A program made the translations under genes and the position numbers. From Myxococcota bacterium (GTDB taxonomy: Bacteria; Myxococcota_A; UBA9160; UBA4427), in contig JAYZFK010000031.1 of NCBI GenBank assembly GCA_036336835.1, positions 1-43,636 of the forward strand: a DNA stretch of 43,636 bases. Reading direction: 5' to 3'. Positions 26,419 to 35,257 of this stretch are shown piece after piece. The notes beneath the pieces were generated by a model. It saw nothing but the letters and a program-made list of their open reading frames with translations. It did not search any database and was not told the DNA's origin. How positions within the stretch are numbered: the first letter of the stretch is position 1; every line of letters begins with the position of its first letter.

Positions 26419-27051
26419 ATGGCGCACTCGGTCGAAACCCGGAGCGAGGCTCTCCGGCTCGCCTCCAGGCAAGTGCTGGTCAACCTCGCCAAGATCCTGC
26501 TGGTGGCCGTGCCCGTCGTGGTCGTCGCCTACTTCCTGGGTCGCCGCGGCTCCATCGAGTACAACCTGGCCTACCGGGAGCCGATCAGCGCGGGTAGCGC
26601 GATCAGCGCGGCCGAAGCCGCTCGCTACGCTCCCGGGCGCGCGCTCTACGTTCCGGTCTACTCCCACATCTACGTCGAAGACGGACAGGGCACATTGCTC
26701 ACCGTCACGCTCAGCGTGCGCAACGTCAGCTTGGACCGCGAGATCGTGCTCGAGCGCGTCGATTACTTCGATACCACGGGCGAACGCGTCCGCGAGTACC
26801 TGACCGAGCCGATCCTGCTCGCGCCCCTGCAGACCGCCGAGTTCCTGGTCAAGGCCGCCGACACGCGGGGGGGCTCCGGGGCCAACTTCATGGTCGACTG
26901 GCGTCGGCTGCCCGGCACCAACCCACCGCTGGTCGAGGCGATCATGGTGGGACGGACCGGAGCAGGAGTGATCTCCTTCAGCCGTCCCGGTGTCATGCTC
27001 CAGCGCCAGAGCAGCCCGCCGGCGGCGGCCCTCCCGCCGGCGGCGGGATAG
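26419..27051 (+). CDS. DUF3124 domain-containing protein
   Basis: YVPVYSHIY, LTVTLSVRN, VDYFDTTG, LAPL, GGSGANFMVDW, PLVEAIMVG; one N-terminal TM. Confidence 0.85.
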   Translation: MAHSVETRSEALRLASRQVLVNLAKILLVAVPVVVVAYFLGRRGSIEYNLAYREPISAGSAISAAEAARYAPGRALYVPVYSHIYVEDGQGTLLTVTLSVRNVSLDREIVLERVDYFDTTGERVREYLTEPILLAPLQTAEFLVKAADTRGGSGANFMVDWRRLPGTNPPLVEAIMVGRTGAGVISFSRPGVMLQRQSSPPAAALPPAAG

Positions 27052-27064
27052 CGGCGAGCCGGCC

Positions 27065-27724
27065 ATGGATGTGGTCGTCGAGCTCGGCACGCTGCTGGTC
27101 GCAGGCCTGATCGCCTCGATCGGGCTCGCGCTGGTTCTCGCGCTCTCGTCGAACAAGTCGCTGACGCGTCACATGCTGCCCGCCGAGGTCTCGGCCATGG
27201 CCCGAACCGCCCTGCCGGGTGGATCGATCCTCGACGGGGAGTACGACTCTCGCCTGGGCTTCCTGTTGATCGTCGCCGACGGGTTCGGAACCCGTCTCCA
27301 GCTCCGCGTGCTCCGGGACGCGACAGCGGCCTGGCTCTTCGACACCAGCATCGCCTGGCAGGAGATCGAGTCCTTCCAGATGGACGAGCGGCCGGCGCTC
27401 GAGGGATGGGGCGCTCATCCGAAGCTCCCCGATCCCGCGCTCAGCGAGCAGGTCGCCGGAGCGTGGCGAGCCAAGGGCCTGGCCCAGCAGGACACGGGGG
27501 ACGCATCTGGCCTGGTCCGTTGTGCACTGTGCCCGGCCGAGCGCCCCCTGAACCGCGCGAGCCTGGTGATCGAGCTCGTCGAGCGCGGCGAGCGCTCACT
27601 CGCCTGGCGCGCGCTGGCCAGCCCCGAGGAGGGGCTGGATCCACAGGGCGCCGTGGAGCACGTGGGCGAGCTGATGGACTTCTACCCACCCGCTGCGGGT
27701 CCGCCGGAAAAGACTGGCGCTTGA
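27065..27724 (+). CDS. Hypothetical membrane-anchored protein (C-terminus weakly DUF4136-like)
   Basis: N-terminal TM helix, protein-like composition, SLVIELVERGERSLAWRA...FYPP. Starts 13 nt after the DUF3124 stop. Confidence 0.55.
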   Translation: MDVVVELGTLLVAGLIASIGLALVLALSSNKSLTRHMLPAEVSAMARTALPGGSILDGEYDSRLGFLLIVADGFGTRLQLRVLRDATAAWLFDTSIAWQEIESFQMDERPALEGWGAHPKLPDPALSEQVAGAWRAKGLAQQDTGDASGLVRCALCPAERPLNRASLVIELVERGERSLAWRALASPEEGLDPQGAVEHVGELMDFYPPAAGPPEKTGA

Positions 27725-27761
27725 GCCACGCCAGGCGGGATGCACCGGGTCGCGGGCCACG

Positions 27762-27846
27762 TCCAATCCGGGCCTGACTCCAATCTGGGCCTGGCTCCAA
27801 TCTGGGCCTGGCTCCAATCTGGGCCTGGCTCCAATCCGGGCCTGCC
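27762..27846. repeat. Tandem repeat, 5 x 17 bp (TCCAATCYGGGCCTGVC)
   Basis: Units start at 27762, 27779, 27796, 27813 and 27830. The three central copies are identical (tccaatctgggcctggc); no spacers. Confidence 0.95.
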
Positions 27847-28030
27847 ATCTGGGTCGGGGCTGCCGGCGTCGCGATCTTCCTCCTCTTTGGCGAGCGCTCG
27901 CCGCCGTGCGGAGCCCTTACACGCTCGCGGTGAGCGGGATGGGGTGATCAGGATCGCGGGTGGCCAGCACCCAGCGCTGGCCCGGGACACGATGTTCTCG
28001 ATTCTGAAGATCGTCGTGAACGGCGTGCTC
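27847..28030 (+). pseudogene. Decayed fragment of a ChaA-type Ca2+/H+ (Na+/H+) antiporter
   Basis: Patches in shifting frames: IWVGAAGVAIFLLFGE / EP / TLAVSGM / VIRIAGGQHPALARDTMFSILKIVVNG, matching the recalled ChaA GEPYG..LTLAV...EV..I...PTLARDTMF..MIV.NG. Confidence 0.65.
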
Positions 28031-28056
28031 TCAGCAACACCACGGCGGGGCGCGGC

Positions 28057-29073
28057 CTAGCGGCGGGATGGGGCCAGGCGCAGAGCGTAGCGGCCCGACT
28101 CGTCGAGGTCGTGGACGACTGACTCCGACGCGCGATAGCGGCAACCGCCCAGCGCGACGTCCGACGTATAGGACGCGATCACCACGCGACGATCCCGTCG
28201 ACGGGCGCGTCCCCCGTGATGCAGCCCAACTCCATCCCAGAGGAGGAGATCCCCGGGTGCCCCGGTGCAGACCTTCACCTGGCCGAGCGCAATCACCGCC
28301 TCGACCTCTGCATCCCGGATGCGGGCGCCGATCGAGGAAAACGCCGGACACAGGTCCGCAAGGGGGCCGCCCGGCTGGCTGCCGCGCACGTAGAAGAGGG
28401 GGCCCGAATCCGGGCACACGCCGTCGAGCATGAATGCGACCTTCAATACGCTTATGTCTTCGTGGTCGCGATGCCAGCTCTCGGCCGAGATCGCCGGATC
28501 TGCCGCGCGCACCGGGAAGTTATGCCACGCGTCGACGTAGTGGAGGCGCGCAGCCACGCCGAGATAGCCGTTGACCACGCCCAGCAGGTGGCGGTCCAGG
28601 ACGAGCCGGGCGAGGCCGTCCGGGAGTCGTCGGCTCGCGCCCAAGCCGAGCCCGCGCACCACGTACCACTTCGCACCGCTCGAGCTCCAGCGCCGTTCGA
28701 TCTGACTGTTGACCTTGGGACGATCGAGAGCCTCGATCGCCGCCCGACGCGCCTCGCGCGCGACGGCCTCGTCTTCGACGAGGCGGCTCAAAGGGAGGCT
28801 CACCACCCCGTCGGTCTGGAGTCCCCACAGGATCGCCTGCTGAATCCCCACGAGCGGCTTCGCGCGCGATGCGAGCTCGCGCGCCGGCCCGTTACGGCGC
28901 TCCCAGTTCTGGGGCTCGAAGCGACGCCTCAGCAGTGCCCACGCGATTCCGGGCGAGACCCGCGTCAGAAGCTTGCCCGCCAGCATCGCCGGACGCTGCG
29001 CGCAGAGCTGCTGCAGACCACACTGCAGCTCGAACCGAAGCCTTTGCCACCACGTCCGCCGATTCTGCCTCAT
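28057..29073 (-). CDS. Phytanoyl-CoA dioxygenase-like Fe(II)/2OG oxygenase
   Basis: WHRD (HxD), KVAFMLDGV...GPLFYVRGS, GAPGDLLLWD..GLHHG, distal R. Start uncertain. Confidence 0.75.
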   Translation of the reverse strand: MRQNRRTWWQRLRFELQCGLQQLCAQRPAMLAGKLLTRVSPGIAWALLRRRFEPQNWERRNGPARELASRAKPLVGIQQAILWGLQTDGVVSLPLSRLVEDEAVAREARRAAIEALDRPKVNSQIERRWSSSGAKWYVVRGLGLGASRRLPDGLARLVLDRHLLGVVNGYLGVAARLHYVDAWHNFPVRAADPAISAESWHRDHEDISVLKVAFMLDGVCPDSGPLFYVRGSQPGGPLADLCPAFSSIGARIRDAEVEAVIALGQVKVCTGAPGDLLLWDGVGLHHGGRARRRDRRVVIASYTSDVALGGCRYRASESVVHDLDESGRYALRLAPSRR

Positions 29074-29254
29074 CACCCGCTCGATCGGATGCGCGAACAC
29101 GAGACTTGAGGGATGGAGGATCCGCAGCCGCCAGCGCGCCGCTCGACGGCGAGCGACAGCGCGAGATCGAGGAGCTGAAGGGATTGCCTCTGCTCCAACG
29201 ACCGCAGCCCAGCCCGAAGTTGACAGAACACGGGGCCAGCGGATGGCCGCCGCG

Positions 29255-29800
29255 CTAGCGCCCCGCCCTTCTCCGGTGCACCAGCCACTGGTGGAGCGCG
29301 AAGCAGCCCAGCGCCAGTGGCGCCACGGCGAGAGCTCGCCAGTGCTCGGCGACCACCCCGGCGGCCGGGGCGACCTCGATCTCGAACTCGAGCGCTCCGG
29401 CGCGCTGCTCGCCGAGCAGCCGGGCGGCAATGCGCCAACGACCGGCCGACGGCAGCTCGACTGACACCGTGCTCAACAGACGATTGGTCGAGGCGGCGCG
29501 CATTGCCTGCGCCAGCAGCGGGCCGTGCGCGCCCGCTGCGTCGCCGATGCGTCGCAGCGCGAGCCCGATCGGGACGTCGAGTCGCACGCTTCCGTCGGCG
29601 GGATCGCGCACCAGGATGCTCCATTCGACGACGCCGGCCCGAATCGGCGCGGGCGAAGCCAGCACGGTGAGCTCGTACGCACCGGCCGTACCGCGAGCCA
29701 CCAGCGCCTGGCCGTCGGCCCGTGCCCCGCCCCCCCACGCCAGCAGCGCGCACACCAGGCCGACGCCGCGCGCCGCACCTCGACGACGCCTCGGACTCAC
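29255..29800 (-). CDS. Exported protein with C-terminal membrane anchor (YtkA/FixH-like Ig fold), probable oxidase assembly accessory
   Basis: Signal peptide ending ARA, LTVLASPAPIRAG, TNRLL...VELPSAGRW, C-terminal TM. GTG start overlaps the upstream stop (GTGA). Confidence 0.6.
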   Translation of the reverse strand: MSPRRRRGAARGVGLVCALLAWGGGARADGQALVARGTAGAYELTVLASPAPIRAGVVEWSILVRDPADGSVRLDVPIGLALRRIGDAAGAHGPLLAQAMRAASTNRLLSTVSVELPSAGRWRIAARLLGEQRAGALEFEIEVAPAAGVVAEHWRALAVAPLALGCFALHQWLVHRRRAGR

Positions 29801-32094
29801 GTCATCACCATGCCGCGCAACGCCATGGGCTGGAGCGCGATCCAGACGCCGACCGCGTAGAGCGCCGCGCACAGCGCGAACCAGGGCGCGGCCAGGCGCA
29901 GAGCGGAGCGCGCCGCGGGCACCAGCTCGCGCGCACTTCGCCAGGCCACTGCGACGCTCAGCACCAGCCCGACACCGAGGGTGGCGATCTGTGCGCCCGC
30001 CAGCGTCTGGCTGCCGAGACTCGTCGCCATGCTCGACGCAACGGGCAGTGCCGCCGACGCGGTGAGTCCGAGCGACACCGCGGCGCGCTCGCTGGCGGGG
30101 CCGAGCGTGCCGATGCCCGTGATCAGATGGAAGCCGAAGTGGGCGAGCCACATCGCGAGTCCAGTGGGCACCAGCGAAGGCGCCAGACGCGTCGCCAGCT
30201 GGCGAAGTGGAATCGTGCTGCGCGCCCAGCCAGCGCCCAGCGCCGCGCACCCCGCGGCTGCCAACGCCGGCGCGATCAGCAGGGCGACGGCCAGCCACGC
30301 GGAGAGGATCGTGAATCTCGACGTCGCGCCGAGCCGCGACGCCCACGCGCGCTCCCAGCCCTCGACCGGCGCAGTCATCGCCGCGGCGTTCACGAACGCC
30401 CCGAAGCACAGCAGCAACGCCAGTGTCGCGACAGCGAGACCGGGCCCGCGCTCGGGCCGGGGAGATCGCCCGCGACCGATCGATGCACCGGGCGCCACCG
30501 TCACCAGGCCGATGTTGTCGTGCGGGCAGGCGCGCACACAGTCGAGGCAGAAGGTGCAGTCCAGGTTGCCGTCCTTGGCGGGCACGAAAAGCTCGGTCGG
30601 ACAGCCCGGGTTGCGCTCGTTGCCGCGCAGGCAGTCGTGACTGCTGCAGCGCGAGCAGGTGTCGACATCGAGCGCGCGCACCTCGAGCGGCGAGACACCG
30701 GCGTGGACGAAGTGGAACTGCCCGATCGGGCAGACGTGGCGACAGAAGCTGCCGCGCGGGAAGAGACCCTCGACGGCGAAGCACGTCGCGAAGTAGCCGA
30801 CGACGATCCACGCGGTCCACCACGGGCTGTCCCACAGCGCAAAGCTCTCGTACGCCCACAGGTAGAGCGCAAACAGCGCGACGGCGAGCCACTTGCCGCG
30901 CAACGCGGCGGGCCAGGCAAACGGCCGCCCGAGCCAGCGCGCCGCCAGTCGCCGCGGCAGCGTGAAGGGGCAGACGGCGCAGAACACGTTGCCGAGCACC
31001 AGCAGCCCGATCACCACCAGACCCCGCCAGTAGGTCCACGGCAACACGCCCGCCAGGTTGAGGGCGCTCGGCTGCTGCGGGCCGAGCAGGCCGTCTGCCA
31101 CGATCACGGCGGCGAGCGCGAGCAAGCTCCACTGCAGTGCGCGACGCAAGGCGAGCGAGCGGAGTAGACGCCCCGCAACGGGCAGCGTCAGCAAATCGCG
31201 CGAGCGGCGGCGCGGACGGCTGCGGCTCTGGGCGGGGCGGCTGCCGCCGGCCGCAGGGCGAACGCGCGGCGACTCGAGCAGCGACACGAGCAGCACGACG
31301 GCGGCGACCAGCATCGGCAGCGAGGTCGCCACCCAGATCAGCGCGCCGGCGGTGTTCTGATCGGTCAGCGCATCGATGCCCCAGGGGCGAGGCGCCTCCA
31401 GGTAGACCGGGTAGAAGACCCGCGTCGAGAAGGCGAAGACGGCCGAGAAGACGGTGTTGAACAGCGCCGCCAGTCCCAGAAGGATCACACTGCCGGCGCG
31501 ACCCACTTGGCGATGCGCGGGCCACGGCGCGATCACCGCGTGCCAGAAGAGCAGCGACGCGGCAACGAAGCTGGCGTGCTCGAGATCGTGCCAGAGAGGC
31601 GAGCGCAGCGCCGCTTGATAGGCGGGAGGCCAGTGCCAGAGCAGCGTGGTGAGCGCCCAGGCGAGCCCCGCGAACACGGGATGGGTGACGCGACGCAGTC
31701 CGCGCTGCAGGGCCGGCCAGGCCAGGAACGGACCCAGTCCGCGACGCAGCCAGCCGCGCGGCAGCCCCCGCAAGAGCGGGATCGCGGGTGCACCCATCAA
31801 CAGGAGCGGCGGCGCCACCATCATCAGCAGCCAGTGCTGGGCCATGTGGACCTGGAGCAGCAGATCCGCCAGGGCGTCGAGCGGCGAGACGAGCGCCAGC
31901 AAGAGCGCGACCATGCCCGCCAGGAAGGCTCCCCGCCGCCACCGCGGGAAGCGCGCGGGGAGTTGCGCACGCAGGACGTGAAAGCCACGCAGGTAGACGC
32001 TCGTTACCAGCAGCAGCGCCGCCACCAGGCCCGGCTCGAAGGACCACGATGCGAGGATGGCGGCAGCGACCGGGTCCACGACTTCAGATCTCAC
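29797..32094 (-). CDS. Caa3-type CtaG cytochrome c oxidase assembly domain fused to membrane-bound polyferredoxin (FesM/NosR/FixG-like)
   Basis: CtaG motifs SPLD, HMAQHWLLMMVAPPLL, WHWP, HDLEH, DQ..AGALIW. C-terminal half has CAVCP, CRHVCP, CSRC..DC...CP and CTFCLDCVRACP. Confidence 0.88.
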   Translation of the reverse strand: MRSEVVDPVAAAILASWSFEPGLVAALLLVTSVYLRGFHVLRAQLPARFPRWRRGAFLAGMVALLLALVSPLDALADLLLQVHMAQHWLLMMVAPPLLLMGAPAIPLLRGLPRGWLRRGLGPFLAWPALQRGLRRVTHPVFAGLAWALTTLLWHWPPAYQAALRSPLWHDLEHASFVAASLLFWHAVIAPWPAHRQVGRAGSVILLGLAALFNTVFSAVFAFSTRVFYPVYLEAPRPWGIDALTDQNTAGALIWVATSLPMLVAAVVLLVSLLESPRVRPAAGGSRPAQSRSRPRRRSRDLLTLPVAGRLLRSLALRRALQWSLLALAAVIVADGLLGPQQPSALNLAGVLPWTYWRGLVVIGLLVLGNVFCAVCPFTLPRRLAARWLGRPFAWPAALRGKWLAVALFALYLWAYESFALWDSPWWTAWIVVGYFATCFAVEGLFPRGSFCRHVCPIGQFHFVHAGVSPLEVRALDVDTCSRCSSHDCLRGNERNPGCPTELFVPAKDGNLDCTFCLDCVRACPHDNIGLVTVAPGASIGRGRSPRPERGPGLAVATLALLLCFGAFVNAAAMTAPVEGWERAWASRLGATSRFTILSAWLAVALLIAPALAAAGCAALGAGWARSTIPLRQLATRLAPSLVPTGLAMWLAHFGFHLITGIGTLGPASERAAVSLGLTASAALPVASSMATSLGSQTLAGAQIATLGVGLVLSVAVAWRSARELVPAARSALRLAAPWFALCAALYAVGVWIALQPMALRGMVMT

Positions 32095-32109
32095 GACGCG
32101 TGTGTCACG

Positions 32110-32448
32110 ATGCCGGACATCATGCCCGAGATCTGGAGCCGCCGGGTGGCGACGGCGCGCGCGCTGGTCGCGCTGGCCCTGCTCGGCCCGCTGCTGCTGC
32201 CGGGACTGGTGCTGGCGAGCCGCCTGGTCGGCGACGCCCTGACTGGAGAGACGCCTCCGGCCGCCAACTGGTGGCTACTCGCTCTGCTGGGCCCGGCCAT
32301 TCCCGTCTACCTGATCGTCTTGCCGCTGCTGCCGTTCGGTCTGCGCGGGCTGCGACGCGGCTGGACGCCGCGAGTCGGCCCGGGTCTGCTGGCGATCACC
32401 GCGCTGGCCGCGCTCTTCGATCTCGTCTTCTACCTGACGCGCAGCTGA
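32110..32448 (+). CDS. Small 3-TM membrane protein, antisense to the respiratory operon
   Basis: Leu-rich ORF with three hydrophobic helices that exactly fills the gap between qcrB and the ctaG fusion. Alternative ATG 32122. Confidence 0.6.
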   Translation: MPDIMPEIWSRRVATARALVALALLGPLLLPGLVLASRLVGDALTGETPPAANWWLLALLGPAIPVYLIVLPLLPFGLRGLRRGWTPRVGPGLLAITALAALFDLVFYLTRS

Positions 32449-33923
32449 GACGTCGTCGCCGCGCGCAACGCGCCGCGCGTCGCGGGCACCGCCGGGTCGC
32501 GCGCCGGCAGTGCGTTGGCCGGATGCAGCGTGCGCATGAAGGCCACCAGCGCGTCGACCTCGGCGGGCGCGAGGTTCTTGCCATAGGCGGGCATGTTGCC
32601 ACCGCCCTGCAACACCTGACGCACCAGCTGGTCTGCCGTGAGCCGCATGGCGACGTCGGTCAGATCCGGGCCGCGATGCCCGCCCTCCTCGTCCAGCGCG
32701 TGGCAGTTGCGGCACTGCTTCGACTGCAGGAGCAGCGCACCCTGGAGCTCGAGGGCCGAGCGCCCCTCGACGAAACGCCGCGGCACCGGCTCACCACTCC
32801 AGGCGTTCATGTGCGGAGACCAGGGCGAGTCGAGCCCCTCCCAGGCCAGCACGCACAACGTCGTCATCGCCAGCACGGCGGCGATCACCGCTCCAGGCCT
32901 GCGGCGCGGATGCTTCTCGCCATGGGGCGAGAGGAAGGGCACCGCGAACAGCAGCAACACCGCCAGCGGGAGAATGAAGACGATCACGAAGTCTTCCAGA
33001 TACGGGGGCATCAGCGCGAAGGCCGCAAACAGCGAGAGGAAGTAGAAGTCGGGACGCGGCACGGTATTGAGCAGCGTCGGGTCGGCCGGGCCGTTGGGCC
33101 CCGCCGGACCGATCACCGCCGCGCAGCCGAGGATCGCCAGCAACACCACGGCGCCGAACACCAGATCCTTGTCGGCGCCGTCGGGGAAGAAGCGAATGCC
33201 GGTCCGCTCGATCAGCTCTTCGTATTCGGCCTGGTAGGTCTGCGGGTCGACTCCGCGCCCGGCCACCGGGTACTCGTTGATACCGCGAGTCAGCACCAGC
33301 CGCAGGTGCACGGCGATCAGCGCGATCAGCAGACCCGGGATCACGAAGACGTGCAGCGCGAAGAAGCGCGAGAGCGTCTCCGAGCCGAGGATCGGGCCCC
33401 CCTGGATCAGGGACACGAGATCGGCGCCGATCCCGGGAATCCGGGCGGCGATCGAGATGCCGATCTGCAGGCCCCAGTAGGCATCCTGATCGAAGCGCAG
33501 GATCTGGCCGCTGAACGCGGCGCCGAGCGTGAGCAGGAACAGCACGCAGCCGACGATCCAGGTCAACTCGCGCGGGAACTTGTAGGCGCCGAACAGGAAG
33601 ACCTGGATCATGTGCACGGTCATCAGGCCGACCATGAAGAGCGAGCCCCAGTCGTGCACAGCGCGCAGGAACCAGCCCAGCGTCTGCTGGTAGTTCAGGT
33701 ACTCGAGGCTGGCATAGGCCTCGTTGGGCGAGGGGACGTAGACGAGCGACAGACAGATGCCCGTCACGATCTGGAGCACGAAGCAGATCAACGTGGCGCT
33801 ACCGAACACGTACGACCATCTGGCCGAGCTGCTCGGGATCGCGTGTCCGGCCGAGGCCTGGTAGAGCTGCGTCAGATGGAGCCGCTCGTCGAGCCAGCGG
33901 CCGATGCTTCGCAGCGCGTCCAT
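32430..33923 (-). CDS. qcrB: Cytochrome b (unsplit) with C-terminal cytochrome c domain
   Basis: His pairs RAVH...VHMIQ and FALH...AVHL, KFPRELTW, Qo motif PDFY, CRNCH haem c motif, GPDL, MPAY. Confidence 0.93.
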   Translation of the reverse strand: MDALRSIGRWLDERLHLTQLYQASAGHAIPSSSARWSYVFGSATLICFVLQIVTGICLSLVYVPSPNEAYASLEYLNYQQTLGWFLRAVHDWGSLFMVGLMTVHMIQVFLFGAYKFPRELTWIVGCVLFLLTLGAAFSGQILRFDQDAYWGLQIGISIAARIPGIGADLVSLIQGGPILGSETLSRFFALHVFVIPGLLIALIAVHLRLVLTRGINEYPVAGRGVDPQTYQAEYEELIERTGIRFFPDGADKDLVFGAVVLLAILGCAAVIGPAGPNGPADPTLLNTVPRPDFYFLSLFAAFALMPPYLEDFVIVFILPLAVLLLFAVPFLSPHGEKHPRRRPGAVIAAVLAMTTLCVLAWEGLDSPWSPHMNAWSGEPVPRRFVEGRSALELQGALLLQSKQCRNCHALDEEGGHRGPDLTDVAMRLTADQLVRQVLQGGGNMPAYGKNLAPAEVDALVAFMRTLHPANALPARDPAVPATRGALRAATTSQLRVR

Positions 33924-33941
33924 TGCGTTGCTCCCGTCCGC

Positions 33942-34496
33942 CTACACCGGCTCCGAGAGAGTCGGCGTCCGGCCGCCGCGCACCTCGAGCCGGCGGTTCT
34001 TGATCCGGTACTCGTACTCGTAGAGCCCACGCGGCGGCGGCCCGGAGGCAACGCTGCCGTCCTCGTAGTAGACGCCGCCGTGACACGGACACATGAACAG
34101 CCGCGACTCGGCGAACCAGCGCACCGGGCAGCCCAGGTGCGCGCAGTTGATCGCGAAGACCTGGAAAGCGCCGCCTTCCTCGTGGCGGACCCAGCAGGGG
34201 ATGTCGGCGGTGACCCCGTCCCAGGGTGTGGTGAACGGGTTGCGATAGCTCGCCAGTCGGGTCTCGTGCGCGGGAAACTGCTCGATGTCCCCGAGCGGAA
34301 TCCAGGCCTGGCGCGCCTTGCGCTCGAAGATCGCCGACGCGATGTAACCCAGCAGGGGAACGGCCAGCAATGACGCGGCGATGGCGTTGAGTACGATCCC
34401 CAGGCGGAACAGAAAGCTGCGCCGCGTCGTCGGCGGAACCGCGGGCGGCAACGCACCGTGCTCGTGGTCGGCCATGTCTGGCTCCTCCGTCGTCAC
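33942..34496 (-). CDS. qcrA: Rieske [2Fe-2S] subunit of quinol:cytochrome c reductase
   Basis: Tat motif TRRSFL plus TM, CAHLGC, CPCHGG, GPPPRGL. Alternative ATG 34475. Confidence 0.95.
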   Translation of the reverse strand: MTTEEPDMADHEHGALPPAVPPTTRRSFLFRLGIVLNAIAASLLAVPLLGYIASAIFERKARQAWIPLGDIEQFPAHETRLASYRNPFTTPWDGVTADIPCWVRHEEGGAFQVFAINCAHLGCPVRWFAESRLFMCPCHGGVYYEDGSVASGPPPRGLYEYEYRIKNRRLEVRGGRTPTLSEPV

Positions 34497-35257
34497 GAGC
34501 CGCTGCCACGCGGCGGCGATTCACTCGCCGCGGTGGCCGGCTCCGCGTGTCTGGGCAAACGCCTGGCCTCGAGCCAGGCCACCACGTCCGAGATCTCCTG
34601 CGGCGACATCGGGCGCTGGTGGGCGAGCGTGCGCCAGTCCGGCATCCCCAGATCGGGGCGTCCGACGGTGACGCTGTTGCGCAGCATCTGACTGCTCACC
34701 AGCGCCAGGAAGCTCGGGTCGACCACCGATCCGCCCTTGGCGCCACCCCGCCCATCGGGTCCGTGGCAGTGCGCGCAGAAGACCGCGTAGGCGTGCGCCC
34801 CCCGCTCGGCGCTCGCGGGCTCGACTCCCGCGCGCTGGGCAGCCGCCTCGTCGTAGGGCGGCAACGACAGCCCGCGCGCGCGCGCGGGCTCGCCCCACTC
34901 GCGGAAGATGCCCGTGGCCAGGATCTCCACCTGGCGGTCGGTCAGCGTGCCGCCCGCGCTCTTTGCGAAGCCCGGCATCGCCGTGTTGGAGATGCCGCCC
35001 GCCACCACGTCGCGGACGCGCTCGACACCGACGAGCGCCAGGTAGAGCGGATCGCCCAGCGGTCGCGCCGGCCCGTGCGTTCCGTCGGCGCCATGACAGC
35101 CCGAGCACTGCGTGGCGTAGAGGACGCCGAAGTCCTCGACCGCTTCCGGCCGCTGGTAGCGCTCGGCCGGATCGGGGCGGCCCGGAAGCCCGTCACAGGC
35201 TACCAGCCCGCCGCAGGCCGACAGCGCGAGCAACAGTGCCGTGAGCCGTCGGCGCAT
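34493..35257 (-). CDS. Dihaem cytochrome c, probable lipoprotein
   Basis: Lipobox-like LSAC/LVAC; CSGCH...AMPGF and CAHCH...GMPDW. GAGGAG RBS 8 nt before ATG 35257. Confidence 0.9.
   Translation of the reverse strand: MRRRLTALLLALSACGGLVACDGLPGRPDPAERYQRPEAVEDFGVLYATQCSGCHGADGTHGPARPLGDPLYLALVGVERVRDVVAGGISNTAMPGFAKSAGGTLTDRQVEILATGIFREWGEPARARGLSLPPYDEAAAQRAGVEPASAERGAHAYAVFCAHCHGPDGRGGAKGGSVVDPSFLALVSSQMLRNSVTVGRPDLGMPDWRTLAHQRPMSPQEISDVVAWLEARRLPRHAEPATAASESPPRGSGS

Noticed and set aside
27762..27846. CRISPR array
   Set aside because: Units are 17 bp and directly adjacent with no spacers; no cas genes in the window.
29801..32047. 930-aa ORF 29255-32047
   Set aside because: Off-frame shadow of the CtaG fusion; only 29255-29800 is protein-like.
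33770..33830. Haem ci attachment in cytochrome b (Cys in ATLICF)
   Set aside because: This Cys aligns with b6 Cys43, not the haem ci Cys35, whose position is Val here.
31788..34373. Long plus-strand ORFs such as 31788-34373, 39247-41307 and 6418-7959
   Set aside because: Typical high-GC antisense shadows of well-supported genes, with no recognisable motifs.
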